This document shows, piece by piece, positions 1 through 9,802 of a stretch of DNA of 64,000 nucleotides. Under the pieces are notes generated by a model. It saw only the letters and a program-made list of their open reading frames with translations. It was not told where the DNA came from and did not search any database. Numbering within the stretch: position 1 is the stretch's first letter; each line of letters opens with the position of its first letter. The position numbers and the translations under genes are program-made. This DNA is from a virus. The DNA is taken from IMG/VR virus record IMGVR_UViG_3300028833_000003. One strand, given 5' to 3'.

Positions 1-102
1 TTTGATGATTATTATCTCGCAGTTGATTATGTTTCACGCAAAAATGAAAAATTTGCCGAATCATCTTATTATCACAAGCGTTGGATTTATGAGGTCAAAT
101 AA
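1..102 (+). CDS. 3' end of an upstream gene (hypothetical protein, partial)
   Basis: Frame 1 is open from base 1 (FDDYYLAVDYVSRKNEKFAESSYYHKRWIYEVK) and ends at TAA 100-102. It is immediately followed by promoter copy P1. Confidence 0.3.
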   Translation, partial: FDDYYLAVDYVSRKNEKFAESSYYHKRWIYEVK

Positions 103-109
103 AAAATAA

Positions 110-138
110 TTGACTTTATAAAAAATTTTTGATATAAT
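110..138 (+). promoter_or_regulatory. Early promoter copy P1 (TTGACT-17 nt-TATAAT with TG extension)
   Basis: TTGACT lies at 110-115 and TGaTATAAT at 130-138, with an A/T-rich 17-nt spacer. It is one of 7 near-identical copies. Confidence 0.7.
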
Positions 139-171
139 ATATATGAAGATAAGGAAAGGAAGAAAAAAATC

Positions 172-372
172 GTGACTAAGAAACAACGCAAGCGCTTGGC
201 ACAACAGTTGGCTGAACTTGAACATATCATCCAGACTAGTGAAGATCGAAACGCAGTAAGAGATGCGCAAGAGCGTATGATGCAAATGCAAGAGGCCGCA
301 GATATGAATACGGAAGATATGTGCGCGGTTGATGAAATGGTCCAGGATATTTTACAAACCTTGACTTATTAA
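172..372 (+). CDS. Small hypothetical protein (66 aa, helical, K/R-rich N-terminus)
   Basis: GTG start with AAGGAAAGGAAG upstream, TAA stop. It is the first gene behind P1. Confidence 0.45.
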   Translation: MTKKQRKRLAQQLAELEHIIQTSEDRNAVRDAQERMMQMQEAADMNTEDMCAVDEMVQDILQTLTY

Positions 373-389
373 AAAATTTTTGGTATAAT
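361..389 (+). promoter_or_regulatory. Early promoter copy P2
   Basis: TTGACT lies at 361-366, inside the last codons of the upstream gene. TATAAT is at 384-389 with a TG at -14 and 17-nt spacing. Confidence 0.7.
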
Positions 390-494
390 AAATGTAGTTA
401 ATAATTGAGGGGCAAAAAAATCCACCCGTCAGATTATTATAAATACTATAAAAAATAGTGGTAAAACCACAGGAAAAAAAGGAGAAATGTTGTT

Positions 495-773
495 ATGGCT
501 ATGAGTGAGAATTCTAAGAAGGTTATTACGTATCTGCAGGGTCTGGATAAGAACGCTAATGTGACTGCCGGTGATGTGGCAGACGCTCTGGGCCTTGAAA
601 AGCGCAGTGTTGATGGTGTCTTTACTTCCGCTATTCAGCGCAAGCATCTTGGTGAGCGCGTTGAAGCTGAAATTGAATTGGACGATGGCACCCACAAGAA
701 GGTTAAGTTCCTGCACTTGAACGCTGATGGTTATGCGTTTGATCCTAACGCTGAGCCAGTTGCGGCTGAATAA
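495..773 (+). CDS. Small winged-helix (wHTH) DNA-binding-like protein
   Basis: SD AAAGGAG upstream. The sequence KKVITYLQGL..VTAGDVADALGLEKRSVDGV fits an HTH pattern. It is a paralogue of 2176..2529. Confidence 0.5.
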   Translation: MAMSENSKKVITYLQGLDKNANVTAGDVADALGLEKRSVDGVFTSAIQRKHLGERVEAEIELDDGTHKKVKFLHLNADGYAFDPNAEPVAAE

Positions 774-789
774 TTTAGTGTAATTAGTT

Positions 790-826
790 AGGGGAGACGA
801 TACTACATTGTCTCCCCTATTTTACT
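790..826 (+). terminator. Putative intrinsic terminator
   Basis: Stem AGGGGAGAC (790-798) pairs with GTCTCCCCT (810-818) and is followed by ATTTTACT. The U-tract is weak. Confidence 0.45.
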
Positions 827-829
827 CGA

Positions 830-1837
830 ATGGTTTAGATTGTTATATCTGTTATTGCCGCAATTTTAATTCTGGCCGCGATTATAATTGATTCTAAATT
901 ATCTCAATAGCGCAAGGATTTAGTGCAGGAAATCACAGAATTAAAAACGCGCACAGAAGAATTAGTTAAAACTCGTGATGAATTGTAGGATGCAAATGAA
1001 AAATTAATGCACACCCGCAATGAAAATGAGCAATATATCGGATGGCAAGAATCAAAAATTGCATCTACAAAGACATCTATTGAAGTGATGCAATTAGCTG
1101 TAAAAAATGCTGAAAAAGGTGCTAATCTTCGTATCGAGGAATTAAAAAAACAAATAGAAAAAGAATATGATTATGCTAAATTTGAAGCCAAGGAAGATTA
1201 TCTTAAATTACAAGAAACACTAAGTCAAGATACTCAAAAGCAATTAGAAACAGATTTACAAAAATTACAAGAAGTAAATGATAATATAAATACGCAACAA
1301 GCTATTTTAGATGCTTTGCGCTCAAAGGCCATCGCGGCACGTAATATTAACATTGCAAGAGAAAAAGAAAAAGATGGAATTGCATTTTATCAGTTGCAAT
1401 TAACGCCAGAAGCAAAGCATGATAGTGAAGTAATGCGTTCTTTTGAATATCAATTAAGTCGTCCTGATGTAATTAATAAACTTATTTGGAAAGTGTTTTA
1501 TGAAAAACCATATACTAGTTTAGTCGGTCGAGTATTAGGCACTGCTACACATACTGGTGTTTATAAAATTACTGAATTAGAAAGCGGTAAAGTATATGTT
1601 GGTCAAGCAGTCGATGTTGCAGAAAGATGGCGTCAGCATATCAAGCGCGGCTTAGGCGCAGAACCAGTAACACAAAATAAGTTATATCCTGCTATGCACA
1701 AATTAGGTCCAGAGAATTTCACTTTTGAATTAATCGAAGATTGTCCAAGAGAAGAATTAAATGAGCGTGAGCGCTATTGGATTGATTTTTATGGCGGGAA
1801 AGAATTTGGATATAATGTTACCGGAGGCAACAAATGA
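830..1837 (+). CDS. Membrane-anchored coiled-coil protein with C-terminal GIY-YIG nuclease domain (3 in-frame TAG)
   Basis: ATG at 830 with in-frame TAGs at 836, 908 and 986, and no TAA/TGA before 1835.
- N-terminal hydrophobic helix IVISVIAAILILAAIII
- long K/E/Q heptad-rich region
- C-terminal GVYKITELESGKVYVGQA..RWRQH..YWIDFYG..GYN, which matches GIY-YIG
- no SD upstream. Confidence 0.65.
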
Positions 1838-2118
1838 AAAGAATTATTGATACACGCGGCACAGGAAAAACATATAGACTATTGGAACACGCGCAAGCAG
1901 TTGGCGGTATTGTTGTATGTAGTCATCCAGAAGGTATGAAAGTTAAAGCTGAATCATATGGTTTTGATAATATTACTTGTATGAGTTATGGCGAATATGC
2001 CAATGAAAATTTTTTACCTGGTAGCCGTACTCCAATTTTTATTGATGAATTGGAAGCATTTCTTACGTATAATATTAGTAATTATATAGAAGGCTATACT
2101 ATTAGTGTTGATTATTGA
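1834..2118 (+). CDS. Hypothetical protein (94 aa)
   Basis: ATGA start/stop overlap with the upstream gene. It has a weak P-loop-like TRGTGKT. The TGA stop lies inside the -35 of P3. Confidence 0.45.
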   Translation: MKRIIDTRGTGKTYRLLEHAQAVGGIVVCSHPEGMKVKAESYGFDNITCMSYGEYANENFLPGSRTPIFIDELEAFLTYNISNYIEGYTISVDY

Positions 2119-2143
2119 CTTTTTTAAAAAAATTTGGTATAAT
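2115..2143 (+). promoter_or_regulatory. Early promoter copy P3
   Basis: TTGACT at 2115-2120 and TATAAT at 2138-2143, 17-nt spacer, followed by ATATATAGAA. Confidence 0.7.
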
Positions 2144-2175
2144 ATATATAGAAAATGAAGAAAGGGTTTTAAAAA

Positions 2176-2529
2176 ATGTCTAAAAGCGAAGAGTTCTTGA
2201 ATTTCTGGAATTATTTGGTTCATGATGTAGCAGGTGATATTGATGTGCCTGAGAATGTGCAGGCATACATTGATGCACTAAGTGGTAATGAGAAAAAGGA
2301 GAAACCCTTATTTACCGATAATGGTAAAGTAATTTTGCAATGGTTGCAAGGTGCGCCGGACGCTTATTATAAATCAAAAGACATTGCTGAACAAGTTGGT
2401 TTGGCATCGAAGTCTGTGGCTGGCGCAATGAGAAAGTTGATTACAGATGGATTTGTTGAAAAAGTAGGCAAAGATCCAGTACTGTATATGATTACATCAA
2501 AAGGAAAAGAAATTAATATTGAGGAGTAA
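2176..2529 (+). CDS. MarR-like winged-helix protein
   Basis: KVILQWLQG...SKDIAEQVGLASKSVAGAMRKLITDGFVEKVGKDPVLYMITSKG fits a wHTH plus wing pattern. It is the first gene behind P3. Confidence 0.55.
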   Translation: MSKSEEFLNFWNYLVHDVAGDIDVPENVQAYIDALSGNEKKEKPLFTDNGKVILQWLQGAPDAYYKSKDIAEQVGLASKSVAGAMRKLITDGFVEKVGKDPVLYMITSKGKEINIEE

Positions 2530-3485
2530 TGATTATGAAAAAGACAATGAACAATGTGCATCTCGAAGGTTATGTGTATGATATTGACATGAAGGAAGCA
2601 GTTACTGGTGAAAGATCAAAAGTTCCTGGCACTAAGTATCTGCGCGGCACCATTCAGATTTGTACTGATGAAGTTGGCGCGAATGTATGCCCAGTTTATA
2701 TTTCTTATGCTACTCCTGTGACACCGGCTGGTCGTGCAAATGAGACTTATAACATCTTGTCTAAGCTCATGAGTGGGGAATACTCTACTTGGATGAATGG
2801 TGGCAAGGATAATGCCTGCCGTGTTCGTATTGATACTAGCATTGGCGTAAATGATTTTTATGCAACTGATGGAACTCTTGTTTCTCAGGTTCGTAATGAG
2901 AACGGTTTCCTCCATATTATGACCGAGGATTTCAATGAGGATACCAATCAGCGCGCTTCTTTCCAGGTTGATACGGTTATTACGAATGTAATTGAGAAGG
3001 AAGCAGACCCTGAGAGAGAGATGCCTGCACATGCTTTGATTAAGGGTTATACGTTTAATTACAATGGGTCTAAGATTATGCCTGTTGATTTTATGATTAC
3101 TAAGCCCGATGGTATTCGGTTCTTCCTTAGTATCGGTGCTTCTAATGCTAAGCCTTATTTCACGAAGTTGAGTGGTCATCAGACTTCTCGTACTGCTCAA
3201 ATTAAGGTTGAGGAAGAAAGCGCATTTGGTGACCCAATTGTTCGTTTCCGTTCTATTTCTCGGAAGGCATATGTCGTTGATAGTTGCTTGAAGCAGCCTT
3301 ATCTGTGGGATGATGCTGAAACGATTACTGCGGCTGAGTTTAAGAGTAAGTTGGCTGACCGTGATGTTGAGCTTGCTGCTTTAAAGCAGAGTTCAGATGA
3401 GTATCGTAAGAACCGTGCGGCTGGTGGTACTGCAACTGCTACAACCACGGCTGCCGCAAGCACTAATGCACTTTATGATTTTTAA
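2529..3485 (+). CDS. Putative ssDNA-binding (OB-fold-like) protein
   Basis: The N-terminus NNVHLEGYVYD is SSB-like. An Ala/Thr-rich linker precedes a C-terminal ..ALYDF tip that resembles SSB protein-interaction tails. Its position is upstream of the recombinase-like ATPase. The start could be 2529 or 2535. Confidence 0.4.
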   Translation: MIMKKTMNNVHLEGYVYDIDMKEAVTGERSKVPGTKYLRGTIQICTDEVGANVCPVYISYATPVTPAGRANETYNILSKLMSGEYSTWMNGGKDNACRVRIDTSIGVNDFYATDGTLVSQVRNENGFLHIMTEDFNEDTNQRASFQVDTVITNVIEKEADPEREMPAHALIKGYTFNYNGSKIMPVDFMITKPDGIRFFLSIGASNAKPYFTKLSGHQTSRTAQIKVEEESAFGDPIVRFRSISRKAYVVDSCLKQPYLWDDAETITAAEFKSKLADRDVELAALKQSSDEYRKNRAAGGTATATTTAAASTNALYDF

Positions 3486-3502
3486 TTAAGGAGGGCACAT
3501 AA

Positions 3503-4507
3503 ATGGCTAATGCATTGCTCTCTATTAAACCCCACGAAGTGTCTAAGGACCTTCGTGGGTATAGTGTCCTTTTGTACGGCACACCCAAAAGCGGTAAAAC
3601 TTCTACCGCAGTTCAGTTCCCTAAACATTTGCTTCTTGCTTTTGAAAAGGGTTATAGCGCAATTCCCGGCGCGATGGTTCAGCCAATTAACTCTTGGAAT
3701 GAGTTTAAAGCAACTTTGATTGACCTTCGAGACGAGGATGTTAAAAAGACTTATGAAACCATCATTATTGATACAGCGGATATTGCTTATGATTACTGCT
3801 GTGAATATGTTGCTAGCTCTTATGATAAAGCATCTATTAGCGAAATCCCTTACGGTAAGGGATACGAGCTTGTCATGACCGAATTTGATAAAGGTATCCG
3901 TAAAATCCTACAAATGGGTTACGGCCTTGTTCTTATCTCTCACGCTCAGGAACGCACTGATAAAGATGTTGATGGTTCAGATATTGTGCGGTTGATGCCT
4001 ACTCTTGATAAACGTGGGCGCTTGATTTGCGAACGTACTTGTGACATTGTTGGTCTTATTAAGCCTGCTCGTGGAGCAGACGGTATTGTTCGTAGCAGAA
4101 TGTATATGCGCGAAACACCAGAATATCAGGCCGGTTCTCGTTTCAAGTATATGGTCGATAGCATTGACCTTAGTTATGATAATCTTGTAAAAGCCATCTC
4201 AGATGCTATTGAAAAAGAAGAGCAGATGACTGGTGGAAAATATGTAACTGCAACACGTGAGCAAGTTTATACTGAGGCTCCTAAGCCCGATGATGAAGAT
4301 GATTTGCTCGCAGCCCAAGAAGAATTTAAAACTGTTGCTAGTCAGCTATTGACAAAAAATCAGGCTAATCGCACCAAGATTGCCGCAGTAATTCTCCAAT
4401 ATCTCGGCAGAGATGAGAGCGGAGCACCGCGGAAAGTCACTGAAACCGAGGTAAAGGATGTTCCTGCAATTAGACTGATTAATAAAGACCTCGGCAGTTT
4501 GCTATAA
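3503..4507 (+). CDS. RecA-superfamily ATPase, AAA_24 / Sak4-like
   Basis: Walker A YGTPKSGKTS, Walker B IIIDTAD and LVLISHAQ are present. SD is AAGGAGGG. Confidence 0.6.
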   Translation: MANALLSIKPHEVSKDLRGYSVLLYGTPKSGKTSTAVQFPKHLLLAFEKGYSAIPGAMVQPINSWNEFKATLIDLRDEDVKKTYETIIIDTADIAYDYCCEYVASSYDKASISEIPYGKGYELVMTEFDKGIRKILQMGYGLVLISHAQERTDKDVDGSDIVRLMPTLDKRGRLICERTCDIVGLIKPARGADGIVRSRMYMRETPEYQAGSRFKYMVDSIDLSYDNLVKAISDAIEKEEQMTGGKYVTATREQVYTEAPKPDDEDDLLAAQEEFKTVASQLLTKNQANRTKIAAVILQYLGRDESGAPRKVTETEVKDVPAIRLINKDLGSLL

Positions 4508-4520
4508 ACAATATTTCAAA

Positions 4521-4553
4521 TCAACCGAGACAAAAATCTCGGTTGATTTTTTT
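4521..4553 (+). terminator. Intrinsic terminator
   Basis: A 10-bp perfect stem TCAACCGAGA / TCTCGGTTGA with a 6-nt loop is followed by T7. Its descending arm supplies the -35 of P4. Confidence 0.7.
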
Positions 4554-4571
4554 CTAAAATTATGATATAAT
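4543..4571 (+). promoter_or_regulatory. Early promoter copy P4
   Basis: TTGATT at 4543-4548 and TGaTATAAT ending at 4571, 17-nt spacer. Confidence 0.65.
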
Positions 4572-4592
4572 ATATATAAGGAAGGTGAGATA

Positions 4593-5117
4593 GTGGCGCA
4601 TTATGTGCATTGTGTATTTTGTAATGAGCGTTTTGATCGTGATAAAGTGCCATGTGTAGCAATAAGTCAGCGACGCTATGCTCATACGGATTGTGCAACT
4701 GCCGCCGAAGCAGGAAAATCAAAAGAAGAGCATGATTATGATGAATTAGTTGCATATATTAAGAAATTATTTGATATAACACAATTATCACCAAAGATAA
4801 ATAAACAAATTCAAGTATATCATGATGAAAATAATTTTTCTTATAGCGGCATCCATAAATCATTGGTTTATTTTTATGAAGTAAAAGGTAATTCAATAGC
4901 AAAAGCAAATGGCGGTATTGGTATTGTCCCGTATGTATATGATGTGGCAAAACAATATTACACTGCAATTTGGATTGCTAATCAGCAAAATAAAGAAAAA
5001 GCACAAGCAATTTTACCAGAAATGGTACAGACGAAAACAGTAGTAATTACAATTCCTCGTCCAGTACCAAAAAAGAAAGCACCATTTAGTTTTTTGGACG
5101 AGGAGGCAGTTGAATAA
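4593..5117 (+). CDS. Zinc-finger protein, possible replication initiation/helicase-loading factor
   Basis: GTG start after AAGGAAGGTGAG. It has a CxxC...HxxC cluster (HCVFCNERF...YAHTDC). It lies directly upstream of the DnaB-like helicase and is translationally coupled to it. Confidence 0.4.
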   Translation: MAHYVHCVFCNERFDRDKVPCVAISQRRYAHTDCATAAEAGKSKEEHDYDELVAYIKKLFDITQLSPKINKQIQVYHDENNFSYSGIHKSLVYFYEVKGNSIAKANGGIGIVPYVYDVAKQYYTAIWIANQQNKEKAQAILPEMVQTKTVVITIPRPVPKKKAPFSFLDEEAVE

Positions 5118-6658
5118 TGGCATCTAAATATGTAGATACAACTGCAATTATCCAGGTAATTGGTAATATATTTAATAATCCAACATTGTTGGATAATACT
5201 GAACAGGAATACAGTTTATCAGAAGCAGACTTCCCAGAAGACTTCCACAAAGTGTTAATCGGTGCAATTTATAAACTATATACAAGTGGAGTTAATCCTA
5301 TACGATTAACTGATATAGTAGATTATTTGGAAAGTCGGCCCAAAAGTAAAGCAATTTTTGAAGTTAATCATGGTGAAGATTATTTGCATCATATCTCTAA
5401 AAATGCAAATGCTTTAACATTTAACTATTATTATGCAAGATTAAAAAAATTTTCTCTTTTAAGAGCGTATGATGATTTGGGTTTTAAATTAGAAGAATAT
5501 TATGACCCAGACACATTAGATAGTAAGAAAAAAGAAGAACAAGAAGAATGGCTTGATAATACTTCACTTGAAAGAATTGCTGATTGTTTTGAAGCAAAAA
5601 TTGAGTCCATTCGAGAACAATATACTACTGATACATCTTATAATCATTCATATAGCGCTGGCGATGGCATTGTTGAATTGATTAAGAAACTGGAAGAGCA
5701 TCCAGATGTTGGTGTTCCACTGTATGGGCAGTATATATCAACAATAACGAGAGGCGCGCGACTTGGAAAATTATACCTTAGATCCGCTCCAACGGGCGTT
5801 GGTAAAACTCGTAGTATGGTGGCGGATGCTTGTTATATCGGCTGTAATAAGATATATGATAAAGATTTTGGTATGTGGATCAACAACGGACAAGCGCTAC
5901 CAACAGTGTTTATCGCTACTGAACAGGATAAAGAAGAGATACAGACTTTGATGCTGGCTTTCTTATCCAGCGTTGATGAAAGACATATCTTAATGGGACA
6001 GTATGAAAATGATGAGCGTGAGAGAGTTATGGAAGCGGCAAAAATTATTCAAGAGTCACCAATGTGGATTGAAGAGCTACCGCAATTCAATTTGCAAGAC
6101 GTAGAGAATACTGTCAAACGCGCAATTAGAGAACATGATGTAAGATATATCTTTCATGATTACATTCATACCAGTTTAAAGATTTTGGAAGAAATTAGTA
6201 AGCGCGCTGGTAAAATAGCATTACGTGAAGATAATATTTTGTTTATGTTATCAGCCCGCTTAAAAGAAATTTGTGAAAAACATAATGTTTTTATGATGAC
6301 CGCAACACAGTTGAACGGCGATTGGAAAGACAGTAAAACACCTGACCAGAATTTGCTGCGTGGCGCAAAAGCAATAGCAGATAAGATTGACTATGGTAGT
6401 ATTTTATTGCCAGTCACAGATGATGATTTAACTAAAATTCAAAGCATTATTGGCGCGAACCCACGATGGACCGCGCCGAACCTGAAATTGTCTGTTTATA
6501 AAAATAGACGAGGAGAATATAAAAGTGTATTATTGTGGTGTAAAGCTGACTTAGGCACTTGTCATATCGACCCGATGTTTATGACAGATTATTCATTTAA
6601 TTTGATTCCTATTGAAGATTTAAAAATTATGTTTGAAGAAGAGGAGCGTGTATTTTAA
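5117..6658 (+). CDS. dnaB: DnaB-like replicative DNA helicase
   Basis: 513 aa with Walker A APTGVGKT and a RecA-like C-terminal domain (IFHDYIH, MMTATQLN). The N-terminal helical domain is DnaB-like. Confidence 0.7.
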   Translation: MASKYVDTTAIIQVIGNIFNNPTLLDNTEQEYSLSEADFPEDFHKVLIGAIYKLYTSGVNPIRLTDIVDYLESRPKSKAIFEVNHGEDYLHHISKNANALTFNYYYARLKKFSLLRAYDDLGFKLEEYYDPDTLDSKKKEEQEEWLDNTSLERIADCFEAKIESIREQYTTDTSYNHSYSAGDGIVELIKKLEEHPDVGVPLYGQYISTITRGARLGKLYLRSAPTGVGKTRSMVADACYIGCNKIYDKDFGMWINNGQALPTVFIATEQDKEEIQTLMLAFLSSVDERHILMGQYENDERERVMEAAKIIQESPMWIEELPQFNLQDVENTVKRAIREHDVRYIFHDYIHTSLKILEEISKRAGKIALREDNILFMLSARLKEICEKHNVFMMTATQLNGDWKDSKTPDQNLLRGAKAIADKIDYGSILLPVTDDDLTKIQSIIGANPRWTAPNLKLSVYKNRRGEYKSVLLWCKADLGTCHIDPMFMTDYSFNLIPIEDLKIMFEEEERVF

Positions 6659-6660
6659 AA

Positions 6661-6906
6661 ATGGCAACGATTGCGAAAGAATTGGTTTATAGCAAAGGAC
6701 ACAAGAAAGTAATTCGCGGACGTGAATTGCAATATGTGATGCCTCTTGAAGAATATCGTGCTATCGCTGGTCAGGGACCGAAGAATATGAATTCTCCTGA
6801 TTATGTGCTGGATTATCTTAATGAAGCTGGTGGCTTTCTTGGAACTGTCACTAAAATCGTAACAGAAGATACGCCCATCCATATTATTCATAACTTAGAG
6901 GAGTAA
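6661..6906 (+). CDS. Hypothetical protein (81 aa)
   Basis: Intact ORF packed tightly between the helicase and the primase. Confidence 0.4.
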   Translation: MATIAKELVYSKGHKKVIRGRELQYVMPLEEYRAIAGQGPKNMNSPDYVLDYLNEAGGFLGTVTKIVTEDTPIHIIHNLEE

Positions 6907-6908
6907 TT

Positions 6909-8012
6909 ATGTATTATTATGACAAGGACGAAATCAAAAATAAACTCACTACTGATATGATTTTTGAGTGTGTCCAGGATTGTGGCGGTTCTCCTAACCG
7001 CACCCCATTCGGCTTTATATCCGCCACAATCTGTCATAATAAATATGGAGAAGGTTCTCACAAATTGTATTATTATGAGAATACTCGTTTGTTTAGATGT
7101 TATACAGGTTGTGACGCGACATTTGATATTTTTGAATTAATTACTAAAATTCATAAGATTAATCATCCGGAAGATACTGAATGGTCTTTGTATAGCTCAG
7201 TTTGTTGGGTAGCGCAAAAGTTTCATTTTGCTCCTACAAATACAGTAACAAAAGAAGCAGGTAAAGAATTACCAGAGTGGGGATTATTTGAACGGCGCGC
7301 ACAATTTAAATTAACAGAAGAACAACCTCGTATTCAGTTACCAGAATTTCCAAAAACTATTTTATATAATTTGCCACGCCCGATTGTTCCTGACTGGATA
7401 AATGAAGGCATGACGCAAGAAGCAATCAATCATCATATGATTGGTTATTATGCACCAACAGAGCAATTAACTATTCCGCACTTTGATATAGATGATAGAT
7501 TTATAGGATTGCGCGGGCGAGCACTCGGTGAAGATGGTGCGCAATATGGTAAATATCGCCCAATGATGATTAGTGGTAGAATGTATAATCATCCATTGGG
7601 TTTAAATTTATATAATATTAATAATGCTAAAACCGCAATACAAAAGATACGTAAAGCAATTATCTTTGAAGGCGAGAAAAGCGCCATTTTATATGAATCA
7701 TATTTTGGACAAGAAAATGATATTTCTGTTGCGTGTTGCGGTTCTAACATTAGTAGTTATCAAATTAAATTATTATTAGACCTCGGAGTGGAAGAAATTA
7801 TTATCGCGTTTGATAGACAGTTTCAAACGCGAGGGGATGAAGAATTTAAACATCTAACTCGAAATCTAACTTCCATAAACAAAAAATATAGGCCGTATGT
7901 ATTAATCTCTTTTATCTTTGATAAAACGGATTTACTGCCCTATAAAGCATCCCCAATAGATTTAGGTAAAGACGTTTTTTTGAAGATGTTTAAGGAGAGA
8001 ATTATTCTATGA
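6909..8012 (+). CDS. dnaG: DnaG-like DNA primase (zinc finger + TOPRIM)
   Basis: Zn-binding pattern CHNK..(x)..CYTGC is present. TOPRIM-like motifs are IIFEGEKSAI and IIAFDRQ. Confidence 0.65.
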   Translation: MYYYDKDEIKNKLTTDMIFECVQDCGGSPNRTPFGFISATICHNKYGEGSHKLYYYENTRLFRCYTGCDATFDIFELITKIHKINHPEDTEWSLYSSVCWVAQKFHFAPTNTVTKEAGKELPEWGLFERRAQFKLTEEQPRIQLPEFPKTILYNLPRPIVPDWINEGMTQEAINHHMIGYYAPTEQLTIPHFDIDDRFIGLRGRALGEDGAQYGKYRPMMISGRMYNHPLGLNLYNINNAKTAIQKIRKAIIFEGEKSAILYESYFGQENDISVACCGSNISSYQIKLLLDLGVEEIIIAFDRQFQTRGDEEFKHLTRNLTSINKKYRPYVLISFIFDKTDLLPYKASPIDLGKDVFLKMFKERIIL

Positions 8013-9760
8013 AATATAAGTTGATTAATGAACAAACATATAGTGATTGGATAGAACAGGTTTTACACAATCGTGGTTTAACTGATAGAGAGATACATCT
8101 TTATTTAAATCCATATGAGTCATTGGAGCACGATTGGCGTGAATTATCACATATAGGAGATGCGGCGTATCAAGTAGCAATGGCAATCGCGCAGCAAAAG
8201 AAGGTATATGTACAAGTCGATTGCGACTGCGATGGCTATACCTCTGCCGCGGCACTATTAAATTATTTATGGTCATTATTTCCAGCTACTATTGAAAATA
8301 ACTGGACGTGGGGACTTCATGCTAATAAAGAACATGGCATTGAAGTAGAAGCAGTAAAAACATTAATCCCCTCTGGCTTACATATGGTAATTGCGCCTGA
8401 TAGTTCAAGTAATGAGCATGACATACATAAAGAACTATTAAATGATTGGAATATTAAAACAATAGTATTAGACCACCATGAAGCAACACCTGATGCAGAA
8501 GACCCCGCGTATATTGTAAATAATCAAATGTGCAATTATCCAAATAAAACATTAAGTGGCGTTGGCATTGTTTATAAATTCTGTGAAGCATTTGATGAGA
8601 TGTTTGGTTTTAATAATCATACGCAGATTTTAGACTTAGTTGCTCTTGGTATGATTGGTGATATGATGGATATGCGTTCATTAGAAACTCGATATTTAAT
8701 TACTGAAGGTCTAGCATATCCGCAAAATCCATATTTTACTGGAATGTTAATGAAACAGCAATACCAGCTGCAAGATAATTTTACGCCATTTAATATAGCA
8801 TTTTATGTTGTGCCATATATTAATGCAATTACAAGAGTAGGAACACAAGAAGAAAAAGAATTAATCTTTCAAGCATTATTAGATTTTAAAGCGCATAATT
8901 TAATTGTTTCTACAAAACGTGGTGACGCACCTGGGACTATGACTGAACTAGTAACACAAGCTGTGCGGGTGTGCGGCAATGTGAAGGCACGACAGGAACG
9001 AGAAAAGAAAGCAGTAATTGACCAATTAGATGATATGATTGTAAATAATCGTCTTACAGATTATCCAGTGATTATTTGTGAGATGAAAGAACCAATAGAT
9101 GCAAATCTCACTGGCTTAGTTGCTAACTATGTAATGGCTAAATACGGTAAGCCAACACTTATTCTTAATTGGCGCGATGACCATTGGGCTGGTAGCGGTC
9201 GCGCATTTCCAATAGCCGAAGTAGAGAATTGGCGTAATTTTTTTGAGAACGATTGCTCAGTTATATATGCGCAAGGACATGCTAATGCTTTTGGTATCGC
9301 AATGACTGCGGAGCAATTACAAGAATTAAAACAGCAAATGAACACTTGGTCTTTTGTAATTACTCCTATTCATGACGTTGATTTTGTATTTAATGCTAAA
9401 TCTGAATTGTTGGTACATTGTATTAAACGTCTTACTGAACGCGGCGATTTGTGGGGACAAGGAGTAAGCGAACCAGAAATTTGTGTTGAGCATGTAAAAA
9501 TAGATGCGAAACAAATTCATTTATTTTCTCCTGATAAAAAACCTACCATTCGTTTCGATTTGCCGCACAATATCGCAGGAATGATTTTTAATACAACGCA
9601 AACAGTATATGATAAATTAGTCAGTATGATACCTGAGATGGGTGCGATTGAATTAAGGATTATTGGTAAGGCATCATTAAATAATTATAATGGGAATATT
9701 ACACAACAAATCATAATCTCTGACTATGAAGTAACAAATGTGATAGACCTTGACTTTTAA
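8009..9760 (+). CDS. RecJ-like DHH-family ssDNA exonuclease
   Basis: DHH motifs DCDCDGYTSAA, APDSSSNE, VLDHHE and GMIGDMMD are present, plus a DHHA1-like region with GHANAFG. Confidence 0.75.
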   Translation: MKYKLINEQTYSDWIEQVLHNRGLTDREIHLYLNPYESLEHDWRELSHIGDAAYQVAMAIAQQKKVYVQVDCDCDGYTSAAALLNYLWSLFPATIENNWTWGLHANKEHGIEVEAVKTLIPSGLHMVIAPDSSSNEHDIHKELLNDWNIKTIVLDHHEATPDAEDPAYIVNNQMCNYPNKTLSGVGIVYKFCEAFDEMFGFNNHTQILDLVALGMIGDMMDMRSLETRYLITEGLAYPQNPYFTGMLMKQQYQLQDNFTPFNIAFYVVPYINAITRVGTQEEKELIFQALLDFKAHNLIVSTKRGDAPGTMTELVTQAVRVCGNVKARQEREKKAVIDQLDDMIVNNRLTDYPVIICEMKEPIDANLTGLVANYVMAKYGKPTLILNWRDDHWAGSGRAFPIAEVENWRNFFENDCSVIYAQGHANAFGIAMTAEQLQELKQQMNTWSFVITPIHDVDFVFNAKSELLVHCIKRLTERGDLWGQGVSEPEICVEHVKIDAKQIHLFSPDKKPTIRFDLPHNIAGMIFNTTQTVYDKLVSMIPEMGAIELRIIGKASLNNYNGNITQQIIISDYEVTNVIDLDF

Positions 9761-9778
9761 ATAAAAATATGATATAAT
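9750..9778 (+). promoter_or_regulatory. Early promoter copy P5
   Basis: TTGACT at 9750-9755, inside the last codons of the upstream gene, and TATAAT at 9773-9778, 17-nt spacer. Confidence 0.7.
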
Positions 9779-9802
9779 AAATATAGAAAATAGTAGGAGA
9801 TT

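Noticed and set aside
495-2529. A lysogeny module, with the two wHTH proteins as CI/Cro-like repressors.
   Set aside because: The window has no integrase, excisionase or divergent-promoter switch. The wHTH genes sit in co-directional early operons. A temperate lifestyle cannot be called.
2616-3200. Antisense ORFs from the track inside + strand genes. Examples are 2616..3200, 61..291, 429..716, 4516..4755, 6655..6891, 8025..8276, 13410..13637, 14185..14436 and 14529..14915.
   Set aside because: They lie opposite well-supported genes, lack an SD, and translate to low-complexity I/L/F/N/S-rich sequence typical of shadow frames in AT-rich DNA.
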